From NCBI GenBank assembly GCA_037445735.1, contig JBBIJY010000002.1, forward strand, positions 64,001 through 128,000: 64,000 nucleotides of DNA, in the 5' to 3' direction. The position numbers and the translations under genes are program-made. Below, one piece after another: positions 22,661-32,011 of this stretch. The notes beneath the pieces are model-generated. The model had not been told where the DNA came from. It saw only the letters and a program-made list of their open reading frames with translations, and ran no database searches. How positions within the stretch are numbered: position 1 is the first letter of the stretch; each line of letters starts with the position of its first letter. Source of the DNA: Armatimonadota bacterium. Lineage in GTDB: Bacteria > Armatimonadota > Fimbriimonadia > Fimbriimonadales > GBS-DC.

Positions 22661-23200
22661 ATGTTTTCCGACGAATGGCTGGTGGCACGCTGCCTGCAGG
22701 GCGACTCGTCGGCGTTCGACCGCCTGATGGAGCGGTATCGCGATCGGGTCTTCTCGCTGGCGTTCCGCATGCTGGGCGATGCGACATTGGCAGAAGATGT
22801 CAGCCAGGAGGCGTGGCTGCGAGCCTACACGCGGCTGGGGCTGTACGATGCGTCCCAGCCGTTCGCCACATGGCTGCTCTGTCTGACGGCGCGGCTGTGC
22901 CTGAACGCGCTGCGCGACCGCCGTGTGGAGCGTGAGCGACTGGAACGGGCAGCCAAAGCGATGCCGCCTGTGCCAACCGTTGAGGAGCTGCTCTATGAGC
23001 GCGAGCGTCAGCGCACGCTCCAGCGGCTGCTGCTGCGCCTGCCCGCCGAGCAACGGGTCGCCCTGCTACTACACTACACCGAAGGGCTACCGCTCAGGGC
23101 GGTCGCCGAACAGCTCGGCGTGCCTGTCGGCACGGTCAAAACCTGGCTCCATCGCGGGCGCGAGCAGCTCCGACGATGGATCGAGGAGGAACGCGGATGA
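22661..23200 (+). CDS. ECF RNA polymerase sigma factor
   Basis: AEDVSQEAWLRAY..FATWL region 2; VAEQLGVPVGTVKTWLHRGR region 4. Confidence 0.9.
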   Translation: MFSDEWLVARCLQGDSSAFDRLMERYRDRVFSLAFRMLGDATLAEDVSQEAWLRAYTRLGLYDASQPFATWLLCLTARLCLNALRDRRVERERLERAAKAMPPVPTVEELLYERERQRTLQRLLLRLPAEQRVALLLHYTEGLPLRAVAEQLGVPVGTVKTWLHRGREQLRRWIEEERG

Positions 23201-23517
23201 ACCCTATCGACCCGATTGATGTGGAGCAACTGTTGCGCGAGCTGCCGACCCTGCCCGCGCCAGCACACCTCCGTAGCACGGGCATCCTGCCCGTGACCCG
23301 CCTGCGGGCAAGCGTCGCGCCGAACCATGCGCTGCTCATCATGCTCTGGCTGCTGCTACTGCTGCCGACAGCATGGCTGCTGACACAGGTCTCGCCCCAC
23401 CTGCCTGCTGAAACGGCGTTTCAGGCGACGCCCTACCCTGCATGGCAGGGACTGCTGCACGACGCGCAACAGGCGCTCCAGACAGGATGGCAGCTGATTC
23501 AGGAGGTGCTGAGTTGA
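23197..23517 (+). CDS. Putative membrane anti-sigma factor
   Basis: ATGA overlap with the ECF gene; one TM helix; call is based on position. Confidence 0.55.
   Translation: MNPIDPIDVEQLLRELPTLPAPAHLRSTGILPVTRLRASVAPNHALLIMLWLLLLLPTAWLLTQVSPHLPAETAFQATPYPAWQGLLHDAQQALQTGWQLIQEVLS
23273..23295 (+). repeat. GTAG-type REP-like hairpin inside a CDS
   Basis: GTAG CACGGGCA TCC TGCCCGTG (perfect 8-bp stem after the GTAG tetranucleotide). Confidence 0.65.
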
Positions 23518-24029
23518 AATCGGATGCCGACTGGATAGGACTGGTGGTGCTTTACCTGTCGCTGGTGGCGGTCGCGCTGGTGAGCCTGATGCTGCGGGGT
23601 GCGCGTGCGCAGGCGCACATCCGCGCGATTCGCGAGCAGGGTCGAACGCTCTTCTGGCGCGGGTTCGCGGTGACCATCACCGCTGCCCTGCTGATCCTGC
23701 TACTGGGCGCACTGAACGAGAGCCTCAAAAAGGCGGGCGACACCCGTGCCTCTCAGCTGGTCGGGCTGATTGCCGCCGTGATTGTGCTGGCGTATCTGCT
23801 GCTGGCGCTGCTGGGCTTCGGCAGTGTGGCGGTGGTGGTGGGCGATTCGGTGGCGCAACTGTTCGGCTGGCGCGACCTGAGCGCGGGCTGGTGCAGCGTG
23901 CTGGGCTGCGCAATTATCCCGCTGGTCGTGTGGATCCCGCTGTTCGGCTGGGCGCTCGGTGTCTACTGGCTTTCGCTCGCTATCGGCGGGCTGTGGAGCC
24001 AATCACAGATCGCTCCCGATTCCACCTAA
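23514..24029 (+). CDS. Multi-pass membrane protein of the ECF operon
   Basis: TTG start overlapping the upstream stop, GGAGG RBS, 4-5 hydrophobic helices. Confidence 0.7.
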   Translation: MKSDADWIGLVVLYLSLVAVALVSLMLRGARAQAHIRAIREQGRTLFWRGFAVTITAALLILLLGALNESLKKAGDTRASQLVGLIAAVIVLAYLLLALLGFGSVAVVVGDSVAQLFGWRDLSAGWCSVLGCAIIPLVVWIPLFGWALGVYWLSLAIGGLWSQSQIAPDST

Positions 24030-26351
24030 CGGCTGACCGAACTGCCCGTAACCAAAGCGCGAGAAGGACGGCAACGCCTTCAGGCGCACCAATATCAGCA
24101 GGCTCCGATCCCGACGGAAGCCGAACGGATTGTCGATATAGCGAATCTCCAGCTCAGCGCAGTGCAGGTCGTAGGTCAGCAGCAGGTGGCGCCCCTCGAA
24201 GCGGTTCAGATAGCCGTTATACTGCAGGATGCTGGAGATTCGCAGTCGCCCCCACTGCAGGGCGTCCAGTCGGGCGAAGACGCTGCCCCAGCGATGGCGT
24301 TGCGGGTCATAGCGTGCCGAGAGCGTTAGCTGCGAGGCGCCGAACCGCCAGAGCAGGTCGGTCAGCAGGCTGGTGAACCGCCCGCGATTGGGGTCGTAAC
24401 TGCTTTGCGTGCGCCAGCGCAACCACTGTGCCGGGCTATATTCCAGATTGAGGTTGAGGGGGCTCCATGCGTCGCGCCCCTGCTCGCGCGCCATCAGGTC
24501 ATAGGTGGTCAGCGCGGCGAGGTTCCAGCCGCCGCCCAGCGCCCAGCGCAGATCGGCGCTCAGCAGATTGTAGCTGCCCGTTCGATCCAGTCCGAGCGGC
24601 GAATAGCCATACGGTCGCAGATAGTTCCAGCGCAGCGCGAGACTCGAACGCGCGTCCAGCTCATAACGCCCCTCTAATGCCGACTGCAACAGATATTGCG
24701 CCGTCTGGTCGCTGTAAAAGGTCTGCCGAAAGCCATAGAGCCAGTTCAAGCTCCAGCGTGAGACCCCCTCACCCGTACCCTCTCCCCCGCTGGGGGAGAG
24801 GGTGAGATTGGCTCCCTCTCCCCGCTGGGGAGAGGGTTGGGGTGAGGGGTTAGTTGCAGGCGCAGGGTGAGATGCCCCCTCACCCGTACCCTCTCCCCCT
24901 TCAGGGGGAGAGGGATTTTGAACCCCCTCTCCCCTCTGCGGAGAGGGTTGGGGTGAGGGGTTAAATCGTCCCTGCAGTTCGAAGCCGACGCGCTCGCGGG
25001 TGAGCCGTGTCGCGCTCCCTTCGGCAAATCGCCCGACGCTGAGGCGCAGGCTGGCGTCCAGCCCGTTCAGACCCCACCAGCGTGCGGGCGCGTTCAGGCT
25101 CAGCTCCGGCAACCGCTCCAGACCCCCAGAGAAGGCGGGCACACTGCCGACGGGCATCAGCCGCTGATACTCCATCTGTAACCGTGCGCCCAACAGGTCA
25201 TAATCGAGCAACGCGCGGGCGTTCCACTGGCGCAGACCGCTGGTGGAGACGCCCTCCGACAGGCTCGCCGTCTCCAGATAGTCGCCCGATAGGTTCCAGC
25301 GCAGTCGCCCCATCGTGCGCGAATCGCTCAGGTTCAACGCGCGATTGATGCTCTCCAGCGCACCGATGAGATTCCGATTCTCGTTAAAGCTCAGGCGGGT
25401 CTGACCGCTCACGCTGGGCAGCACCCAGTCGGTGCGCAGCGACCACGCCGTGCTGTCGGCAAAAATCAGATAGCTGTTGCGGCGGTAATCGGCGCTCCAG
25501 CTGGTCTGCAGTTGCCCGAACGCCTGCTGATGTTGCCACCGTCCCGTGAGGCTGTTCGTGTTGAGCGTGCGATCGCGCAGGAAGTAGAGGTTCAGCGAGC
25601 CGCGCGAATATTGCTGGAGCAGATTGATGCCCAGCCCCTTGCGCTGCATCAAATCAAATCGCACGCTACCGATTGCCCCGCGCATCAGCAGATAGGCAAT
25701 CGCATATTTGAGGTAGAGTCCCTCCTCTTCCGAGAAGCCCGCTTCGGGCAGGGGCGACGATTCGCCCGTTTCACGCAGGGGCACAACCACATAGGGCAGG
25801 GTGAACAGGGTGCGTCCGAACACCTGCAGGCGCACATGGCGCAGCACAGCGCGCTGACCCGCCGTCGCTTCCATGCGCTCCGCCTCCCACTGGTAGTGCG
25901 GATGATCGAGATTGCAGGTGGTCGCCTGCAGGTGGCTGCCCTGCACGGTGTTCTCTTCGCCCTGCAGCCGCTCGCCGCGAATAAAGAGGCTGTCTAACAG
26001 GCGATGATTGAGGAAGGCAGGCTCCAGCCGTGCGCTGCCGCGCCACAGCTCCCAGTAGCGTTCGCGCGTGTTCAGCAGCAGTTGCTCGCCCTCTGCATGG
26101 ACGCCGTTGCCTGTCAGCGACACAGCGCCCTGAAACAGATAGTTGCCGGAGCGGGTGGAGCCTTCGGCGCGGGCGCCCGAGAGCAGATAGTCGCGCCAGC
26201 GGGCTTCGATCCGCTCCGCTTGCAGCGTGCCATCCGCCTGCCAGCGGAAAGCCTCCATGCGCAGAATCTCTACTGGCTCCCGATCCTGCGCCAGAAGGGT
26301 GGCGAAAGCGCCCGCCAGCCATAGCGCGCTTATCCAGCGAACAGTCCCCAT
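24003..26351 (-). CDS. LptD/OstA-like outer-membrane LPS-assembly protein with in-frame repeat insertion
   Basis: Signal peptide from ATG 26351; TTC..PHY motif, TLPYVVVPL, PEAGFS..GLYLK typical of LptD; long beta-barrel region. Confidence 0.75.
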   Translation of the reverse strand: MGTVRWISALWLAGAFATLLAQDREPVEILRMEAFRWQADGTLQAERIEARWRDYLLSGARAEGSTRSGNYLFQGAVSLTGNGVHAEGEQLLLNTRERYWELWRGSARLEPAFLNHRLLDSLFIRGERLQGEENTVQGSHLQATTCNLDHPHYQWEAERMEATAGQRAVLRHVRLQVFGRTLFTLPYVVVPLRETGESSPLPEAGFSEEEGLYLKYAIAYLLMRGAIGSVRFDLMQRKGLGINLLQQYSRGSLNLYFLRDRTLNTNSLTGRWQHQQAFGQLQTSWSADYRRNSYLIFADSTAWSLRTDWVLPSVSGQTRLSFNENRNLIGALESINRALNLSDSRTMGRLRWNLSGDYLETASLSEGVSTSGLRQWNARALLDYDLLGARLQMEYQRLMPVGSVPAFSGGLERLPELSLNAPARWWGLNGLDASLRLSVGRFAEGSATRLTRERVGFELQGRFNPSPQPSPQRGEGVQNPSPPEGGEGTGEGASHPAPATNPSPQPSPQRGEGANLTLSPSGGEGTGEGVSRWSLNWLYGFRQTFYSDQTAQYLLQSALEGRYELDARSSLALRWNYLRPYGYSPLGLDRTGSYNLLSADLRWALGGGWNLAALTTYDLMAREQGRDAWSPLNLNLEYSPAQWLRWRTQSSYDPNRGRFTSLLTDLLWRFGASQLTLSARYDPQRHRWGSVFARLDALQWGRLRISSILQYNGYLNRFEGRHLLLTYDLHCAELEIRYIDNPFGFRRDRSLLILVRLKALPSFSRFGYGQFGQPLGGIGSDL
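24764..24960. repeat. Four-unit BIME-like palindromic cluster within the LptD-like CDS
   Basis: Units at 24764-24802, 24814-24849, 24875-24914, 24923-24960 alternate in orientation; same family as 6538 and 37577. Confidence 0.93.
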
Positions 26352-26395
26352 CCGTGCGCCTATATTGTAGACGCTTGACAGGCACAGAGGGGATG

Positions 26396-26441
26396 AAAGG
26401 CAGGTAGCTGGCAAGCGCGGTCAGCTCCAAGGCTACCTGCC
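26396..26441 (-). terminator. Probable terminator after the PEP-CTERM gene
   Basis: ggcaggtagc...gctacctgcc 10-bp stem followed by TTT on the minus strand. Confidence 0.55.
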
Positions 26442-26462
26442 TGCAGAAGATCGGATGGGGAT

Positions 26463-27107
26463 TCAGCGCTGGCGGCGACGGGCACGCACTGCCATCAGGC
26501 TCATCAGACCTGCGCCCAGCACCGTCAGCGTGCCCGGCTCCGGTATGGCGGTGATGATGCGCAGCTCGTCCACGACATCGGTCGTGCGAGCATAAAAACG
26601 CAGGGTCACACCGTCGCTCAGAACCTCGAACTGCTCCACATCCTGAGTGTCCAGCTCGTACCCGCGATAGTTGTCGGATTGCGAGTATTGCGTAGTAGGC
26701 ACGCCCAGCTCGTCATCGCTCAGGCGCAGGCGACGACCCCGCGCAATCACCGCCAGAATCGGGAACGGAAAGGTGATGCTGCCATAATAGTCGCGCGGAC
26801 CATTCCCAATCGGGTCTGAGTGAAGCAGATACACATTCACCTGCGTGCCCGCTAAGAGCGTAAAGGTGCCCAGGTCGCTCTCAGCATCGTACAGCCCCGG
26901 CGATACCACATCCACAGTGACATCGCGGGGCACGGTGTGGTTGAGATGCTCCGTGAACAGGTAAGCGACATTATTGTCCTCGAACTGATCGGCGCGCAGG
27001 TCGGATGGCGGTGAACCCCCCAGCACGACATTGCCGGAGTTAATCGTCTGACCCAGCGCGAGACCCATTAACCCGCAAAGTCCCAGAAAAAGCCCCAGTT
27101 TGTTCAT
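26463..27107 (-). CDS. PEP-CTERM protein
   Basis: Signal peptide; C-terminal IPEPGTLTVLGAGLMSLMAVRARRRQR; AAGGAGG RBS. Confidence 0.88.
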   Translation of the reverse strand: MNKLGLFLGLCGLMGLALGQTINSGNVVLGGSPPSDLRADQFEDNNVAYLFTEHLNHTVPRDVTVDVVSPGLYDAESDLGTFTLLAGTQVNVYLLHSDPIGNGPRDYYGSITFPFPILAVIARGRRLRLSDDELGVPTTQYSQSDNYRGYELDTQDVEQFEVLSDGVTLRFYARTTDVVDELRIITAIPEPGTLTVLGAGLMSLMAVRARRRQR

Positions 27108-27277
27108 CTCGTCCTCCTTGGGAGCGCCTTTGATGGCAGCTGCCCATATAATATCGACTCAGAAAGTGTCCAGAAGCGGACAGGTGTTTGTCTTATGCGT
27201 AGCAACTGGCGTGCCAGAACGCCCCGTTAATCTCTGGGGGTTCACTTTTTCAGGCGATTCGTGGTACAATCCCCCCG

Positions 27278-27925
27278 ATGGACACGCTGACGCAGGTGCT
27301 CGAGTTTTTTTTGCATATCGATCGCCATCTGGAGAGTGTGGTGCGCCAGTATCATAGCGCGACCTATGGCATTCTGTTTCTGATCGTCTTTATGGAGACG
27401 GGGCTGGTTGTGACGCCCTTTTTGCCAGGCGATTCCCTGCTGTTTGCGGCGGGCACGCTGGCGGGCAAGGGCATGCTGGACATTCGCACGCTCTATCTCG
27501 TGCTGCTGATTGCGCCCCTGTGCGGCGATAATGTGAACTACTGGATTGGGCGGCTGATCGGGCATCGGCTGGTGCAGAGCCAGCGCGTGCGCCTGATTCG
27601 CAGAGAGCACTTAGATAAAACGCACGCCTTCTTTGAGAAGTACGGTGGCAAGACGCTGGTGATTGCCCGCTTCGTGCCGATTGTGCGCACGATGGCGCCT
27701 TTCGTGGCGGGGCTGGGCGCGATGACCTACCCCCGATTCCTGATGTTCAGCCTGCTGGGCGCGTTCCTGTGGGTCACCATCTGCACCCTCGCCGGCTACT
27801 ACTTCGGCAGCATTCCCCTCATCAAAAACAACTTCTCCATCGCCATTCTGGTGATTATCGCCCTGTCGCTGATGCCTGCCCTCATTGAGTATCTGCGCCA
27901 CAGGCGACAGGTGCGCGTCGGGTAA
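27278..27925 (+). CDS. dedA: DedA family membrane protein
   Basis: FMETGLVVTPFLPGDSLLFAAG, ARFVPIVRTMAPFVAG. Confidence 0.93.
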   Translation: MDTLTQVLEFFLHIDRHLESVVRQYHSATYGILFLIVFMETGLVVTPFLPGDSLLFAAGTLAGKGMLDIRTLYLVLLIAPLCGDNVNYWIGRLIGHRLVQSQRVRLIRREHLDKTHAFFEKYGGKTLVIARFVPIVRTMAPFVAGLGAMTYPRFLMFSLLGAFLWVTICTLAGYYFGSIPLIKNNFSIAILVIIALSLMPALIEYLRHRRQVRVG

Positions 27926-27939
27926 AATAGTGGTGGAGG

Positions 27940-28128
27940 ATGACGCCGATGGAAACGACCGTTGGGCAGCGACGATGGCGCGTTGTGCTGGAGCAAGACC
28001 CTGAAACTGGCGAATGGGCTGCCTGGTGCCCTGAGCTGCCAGGCTGTGCATCAGCAGGAGACACGGAGGAGGAGGCTCTCAATAACATTCGCGAAGCCAT
28101 TATGCTCTATCTGCAACCAGCAGATTAG
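27940..28128 (+). CDS. HicB-like antitoxin (short, orphan)
   Basis: WCPELPGCASAGDTEEEALNNIREAI HicB motif; no adjacent hicA. Confidence 0.8.
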   Translation: MTPMETTVGQRRWRVVLEQDPETGEWAAWCPELPGCASAGDTEEEALNNIREAIMLYLQPAD

Positions 28129-29510
28129 CTCCCCAGTGGTTCAAAATGGCAGCTGAAGTGGCGCAGGAAGGGCGTCTGCCATGTGATGCGATAGCCGTGC
28201 AGCTGGTCGCGTCGGGCATACACATTCAGAATCGCCTCCACCACATAGTCCACATGGCTCTGGGTGTAGACGCGCCGCGGGATGGCGAGGCGCACCAGCT
28301 CCTTGCGGGCAGGAATCTCCTGACCCGTTTCGGGATCCACTTTGCCGAACATCACGGAGCCAATCTCGCTGCTGCGGATGCCACCCTCGCGATAGAGTTC
28401 GACCACCAGCGACTGACCCGGATATTGCAGGGGCGGGATGTGGGGCAACATCAGCCCTGCGTCGATGTAGATGGCGTGTCCGCCAGGCGGCTGCACAATG
28501 GGCACGCCCTCACGCGCGATATGCTCGCCCAGATAGCGCACCGACGCCAGCCGATACTGCAGGTAATGCTCGTCCAGCACCTCCTGCAAGCCGATCGCCA
28601 TCGCCTCCAGGTCGCGTCCCGCCAGCCCGCCATAGGTCGGGAAGCCCTCGGTCAAAATTAGCAGTTCCTTCTCCTGCTGGGCTAACTGGTCATCGTTGGT
28701 GCACAGGAAGCCACCGATGTTCGCCAGCCCATCTTTTTTGGCGGACATGGTGCAGCCGTCGGCGTAAGAGAACATCTCACGCACAATCTCACGGACGCTC
28801 TTCTGCTGATAGCCTGGCTCGCGCAGCTTGATCAGATAAGCGTTTTCAGCGAAGCGGCAGGCGTCGATATAGAGCGGGATGCCGTGTCGGCGGCAAATCT
28901 GGCTCACGGCGCGGATGTTCGCCATCGACACGGGCTGACCGCCGCCCGAGTTGTTCGTGACAGTGAGCATTACCAGCGGGATGCGCTCCGCGCCCACCTC
29001 CTGAATGAGCCGCTCCAGCGCACTGGTATCCATGTTGCCCTTGAAGGGATGGGGCGTTTGCGTGTCGCTCGCTTCCGCGCAGGGCAGATCAACCGCCGTG
29101 CCGCCCAAATATTCGATGTTGGCGCGGGTGGTGTCGAAGTGGGTGTTGTTGGGGATCACACAGCCTGGCTTGCACACCAGCGAGAACAGGATACGCTCGG
29201 CGGCGCGACCCTGATGCACGGGGATCACATGCTTGAATCCGAAAATCTCGCGCACGACCGACTCAAAGAAGTAGAAGCTGCGGCTGCCCGCGTACGATTC
29301 GTCGCCACGCATCACGCCCGCCCACTGATCCGCGCTCATCGCCGCCGTGCCCGAATCGGTCAGCAGGTCAATCAGCACATCGTCGGAGCGCACCAGAAAC
29401 AGATTATAGTGGGCGCGTTGCAGAATCGCCTCGCGCTCTTCAGGGGTGGTCATCCGAATCGGCTCCACCACCTTGATTCGGAACGGCTCAATAATCGTTC
29501 GGAACGGCAT
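28125..29510 (-). CDS. tnaA: Tryptophanase
   Basis: DLLTDSGT, GDESYAGS, PLP site MSAKKD and C-terminal LRHF favour tryptophanase over tyrosine phenol-lyase (MSGKKD / LRFF). Confidence 0.85.
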   Translation of the reverse strand: MPFRTIIEPFRIKVVEPIRMTTPEEREAILQRAHYNLFLVRSDDVLIDLLTDSGTAAMSADQWAGVMRGDESYAGSRSFYFFESVVREIFGFKHVIPVHQGRAAERILFSLVCKPGCVIPNNTHFDTTRANIEYLGGTAVDLPCAEASDTQTPHPFKGNMDTSALERLIQEVGAERIPLVMLTVTNNSGGGQPVSMANIRAVSQICRRHGIPLYIDACRFAENAYLIKLREPGYQQKSVREIVREMFSYADGCTMSAKKDGLANIGGFLCTNDDQLAQQEKELLILTEGFPTYGGLAGRDLEAMAIGLQEVLDEHYLQYRLASVRYLGEHIAREGVPIVQPPGGHAIYIDAGLMLPHIPPLQYPGQSLVVELYREGGIRSSEIGSVMFGKVDPETGQEIPARKELVRLAIPRRVYTQSHVDYVVEAILNVYARRDQLHGYRITWQTPFLRHFSCHFEPLGS

Positions 29511-29540
29511 AGCGGCTCCCTCGCCAGCAAGAATATACCC

Positions 29541-29950
29541 TTAGCCAGCCACTACTTCGAGGAACTGCCCGGGATCGACAATCTGGACGCCACCATATGC
29601 TCCCAACCTTAATAGATGGCGACGATCCCCCGTTACAAGATGGGTTGCATGCCCAACTATTGCACACTCGAGACCTGATTATCTCTTGCATCCTCTGAAA
29701 TCACCTGCAAGCTGCCTGATATTGGAACTATCTCAAGGAAAGCTGTAAGATCATTAATGGTGTCCTCAACCTCTGCAGGTGTGAAGTTGGTTTTCCTTTT
29801 CAGGACGGCTTCCAGCTCTTGTAGAATAGTGAAACATGTCAGTCCGTGAACAAGCCCTTGCCTTGCTAAATCCACACATTGTGCAGGTTTACCACCCCAT
29901 ATCGTGCTGGAGAAAAGCACATTGGTGTCGAAGACAGCGACTATAAGCAT
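29541..29950 (-). pseudogene. PIN-domain toxin with a single frameshift
   Basis: VFDTNVL N-terminus; a shift near 29672 continues LECAIVGHATHLVTGDRRHLL..IVDPGQFL to a TAA at 29541. Confidence 0.8.
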
Positions 29951-30192
29951 CCTCTTTCTTCATGGATCAGGTCGTCAATAAACTGCAGACGTTTTTCGTC
30001 ATTCATGGTGTCCCGGTCCAGTCCTCGTGACGCTGCCAGCGCGCGGATGTGCTTCTGCGCCTTTTGCATGAGCCGCTGTCGCTTCTGGCGCATTTCTTTT
30101 GCCAGCTCCTGAAAAACCCGCCGTTTCTGGTCATCGGGCAAGTTTTTGACAAGTCCGATTAGCTGCTCCACACTTATGCCTGAGAAACTCAT
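29941..30192 (-). CDS. Putative antitoxin partner of the PIN toxin
   Basis: Small charged protein directly upstream of and overlapping the PIN gene; TATAAT upstream. Confidence 0.6.
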   Translation of the reverse strand: MSFSGISVEQLIGLVKNLPDDQKRRVFQELAKEMRQKRQRLMQKAQKHIRALAASRGLDRDTMNDEKRLQFIDDLIHEERGCL

Positions 30193-30278
30193 GTCTGCCT
30201 CTACAGGATTATACCTGAACCTGATCGGGCAAAGCGTTCACTCCAGCATCTTCCTGCAGTGAACGCACTAACTCGCCT

Positions 30279-31946
30279 TTAAGGAGTATACCCGCTCTGC
30301 TGCATCTGTCGCAGGCTGGGGAGCAGGCTGGGCAGCTGGTGTGGGGCGAGGGGCGGTTCAGTGCCGTCGGGCGTGCCCAGCCCACGCCGAACCACCTCCC
30401 ACCAGTCCCACGCCACTATCTGGCTCGCATCGAAGATCATCACACCATGCGAGTTGAGCCGCGCGGCTCGAATCGCCCGCTCAAAGCCTGCCGGGTCGCG
30501 AACATAGTCGTCGGTGTAGATGCCCGCATAGACCAGCACCTCGCCGTTCGTCCAGCTCATCACGCGGCGGGTCATACCCTCCACCGTGCGCACCTCGTCG
30601 GCATCGTACAGCGGCGCCTCCGCCATAAAGGGCACATCGAAGTAGCAACCGGGCATCAGATAGTCCAGATCGAACAGGTAGGAGCTGAACCGATAGTCGC
30701 TGTCGATGAAGGGGTAGGGGCGTTCGAGCGCGTCGCTGCCCCAGTTGACGCCCAGTTCGTAGTAGAGGGGGTACCAGCTGCCCACATAGGCGCCGATGGG
30801 CATCGGGCGCACCGACTCCACCGTGCGCCGAATCTCGCGCAGCAGGTCGCGTATCACCTCCGCACGGAACTGCACCCACTGCCCGAAGCGGGGTCCGCGC
30901 TCATACGCCTCGCGGGGCATCTCTGGCGGGCGCAGGATGTCGTCGGGGAAGTTTGCCACCCGCCCATAGCGCGCTTCGAACGCCGCGCGGGTCAAATCCG
31001 AGAAATCGGTGTACACATTCGCCCAGCGCATCCGATCCAGCACCAGCCCATCGATGGGATAGTTCTGGCACAGTTCGCGAACGAGTGCGAGCAGGCGCGA
31101 GCGTACCTCCGGATGCAGCGGGTTCACAAACACCGCGACGCCTTCCGTGTCCGATTCGGCAATCGGCTGCAGAATCGGCTGCGTTTCCAGTCGGAGCGCG
31201 ACGCCCAGCGTGGCAAGCCGCTCCAGGCGAGCTGCCGCCTGACCATCGGCGACCAGCACCCAGCCGTCTTCGGGCGGGCGAATCGGCTGGCTCACGAAGA
31301 TGCCGTCCACAATCGCCTGCACGCGCAGGTCGTCCGTCAGCAGGGCGTACGCCCAGCTGCGCCCGGCGGGTGGCGGCGGCGCGTTCGCACGCCGATAAGC
31401 CGAGATGCCATCGGGCGGCGGCGCAAGGTCGAACCGATCCAGCGGGTAGCGCGTGCCATCGGGCAGAACCAGCGTGCGCCTGCGCGAATAGGCGACCATC
31501 TGCCAGTCGCGATGCTGATACGCCACGCCCGTGTGGAACATCTTGTGCCCTTCCGAGAGCACATTGATGCTGGCATGCACCTCCAGCCCCTGCGCGTGCG
31601 CCTCCTCCAGAAACATCTGCAGAATGTCCAGATCGGGCGGCACACGCACCTCACGCCACTCCGTCAGCGGCGGTGCAATCTGGCTCTTATACAGCACATG
31701 ACCGCTCACGGGCTTCACATCCAGCACAATCGTGTTGATGCCGACGCGCCTGCAGTTCGAAACGAAGGCGCGCACGCGCTCGCGGTCAACAAGCCAGTCC
31801 AGATTGGCGGTCGCATCGACCCACATCACGCGCCCCTCCAGCCCCAGCCGCCGCACCAGAGATACCGAATCGGGCAACGATTGCGCCAGCAGCGAGGGGA
31901 GCCATCCCAGAAAGAGCCAGCTCAGCAGTAGAGAGCGCAAACCCAT
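30279..31946 (-). CDS. Glycoside hydrolase-like family 10 (GHL10/DUF187) secreted protein
   Basis: GINTIVLDVK..GHVLYKS, EEAHAQGLEVHA, FVNPLHPEVR, YPIDGLVLDRMR; signal peptide from ATG 31946. Confidence 0.75.
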   Translation of the reverse strand: MGLRSLLLSWLFLGWLPSLLAQSLPDSVSLVRRLGLEGRVMWVDATANLDWLVDRERVRAFVSNCRRVGINTIVLDVKPVSGHVLYKSQIAPPLTEWREVRVPPDLDILQMFLEEAHAQGLEVHASINVLSEGHKMFHTGVAYQHRDWQMVAYSRRRTLVLPDGTRYPLDRFDLAPPPDGISAYRRANAPPPPAGRSWAYALLTDDLRVQAIVDGIFVSQPIRPPEDGWVLVADGQAAARLERLATLGVALRLETQPILQPIAESDTEGVAVFVNPLHPEVRSRLLALVRELCQNYPIDGLVLDRMRWANVYTDFSDLTRAAFEARYGRVANFPDDILRPPEMPREAYERGPRFGQWVQFRAEVIRDLLREIRRTVESVRPMPIGAYVGSWYPLYYELGVNWGSDALERPYPFIDSDYRFSSYLFDLDYLMPGCYFDVPFMAEAPLYDADEVRTVEGMTRRVMSWTNGEVLVYAGIYTDDYVRDPAGFERAIRAARLNSHGVMIFDASQIVAWDWWEVVRRGLGTPDGTEPPLAPHQLPSLLPSLRQMQQSGYTP

Positions 31947-32011
31947 CGGCAAGCGATTATACCCCCAGCCGATTCTCCCAAAAAGGCAACAGGAACCGAA
32001 CATTTGGGCGT

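Noticed and set aside
29511-29540. tnaC leader peptide
   Set aside because: Only 30 bp separate tnaA from the PIN pseudogene, and there is no W..D..P leader ORF.
29621-29635. Second frameshift in the PIN gene
   Set aside because: Recounting the 5-C run shows VTGDRR is in frame; only one frameshift is needed.
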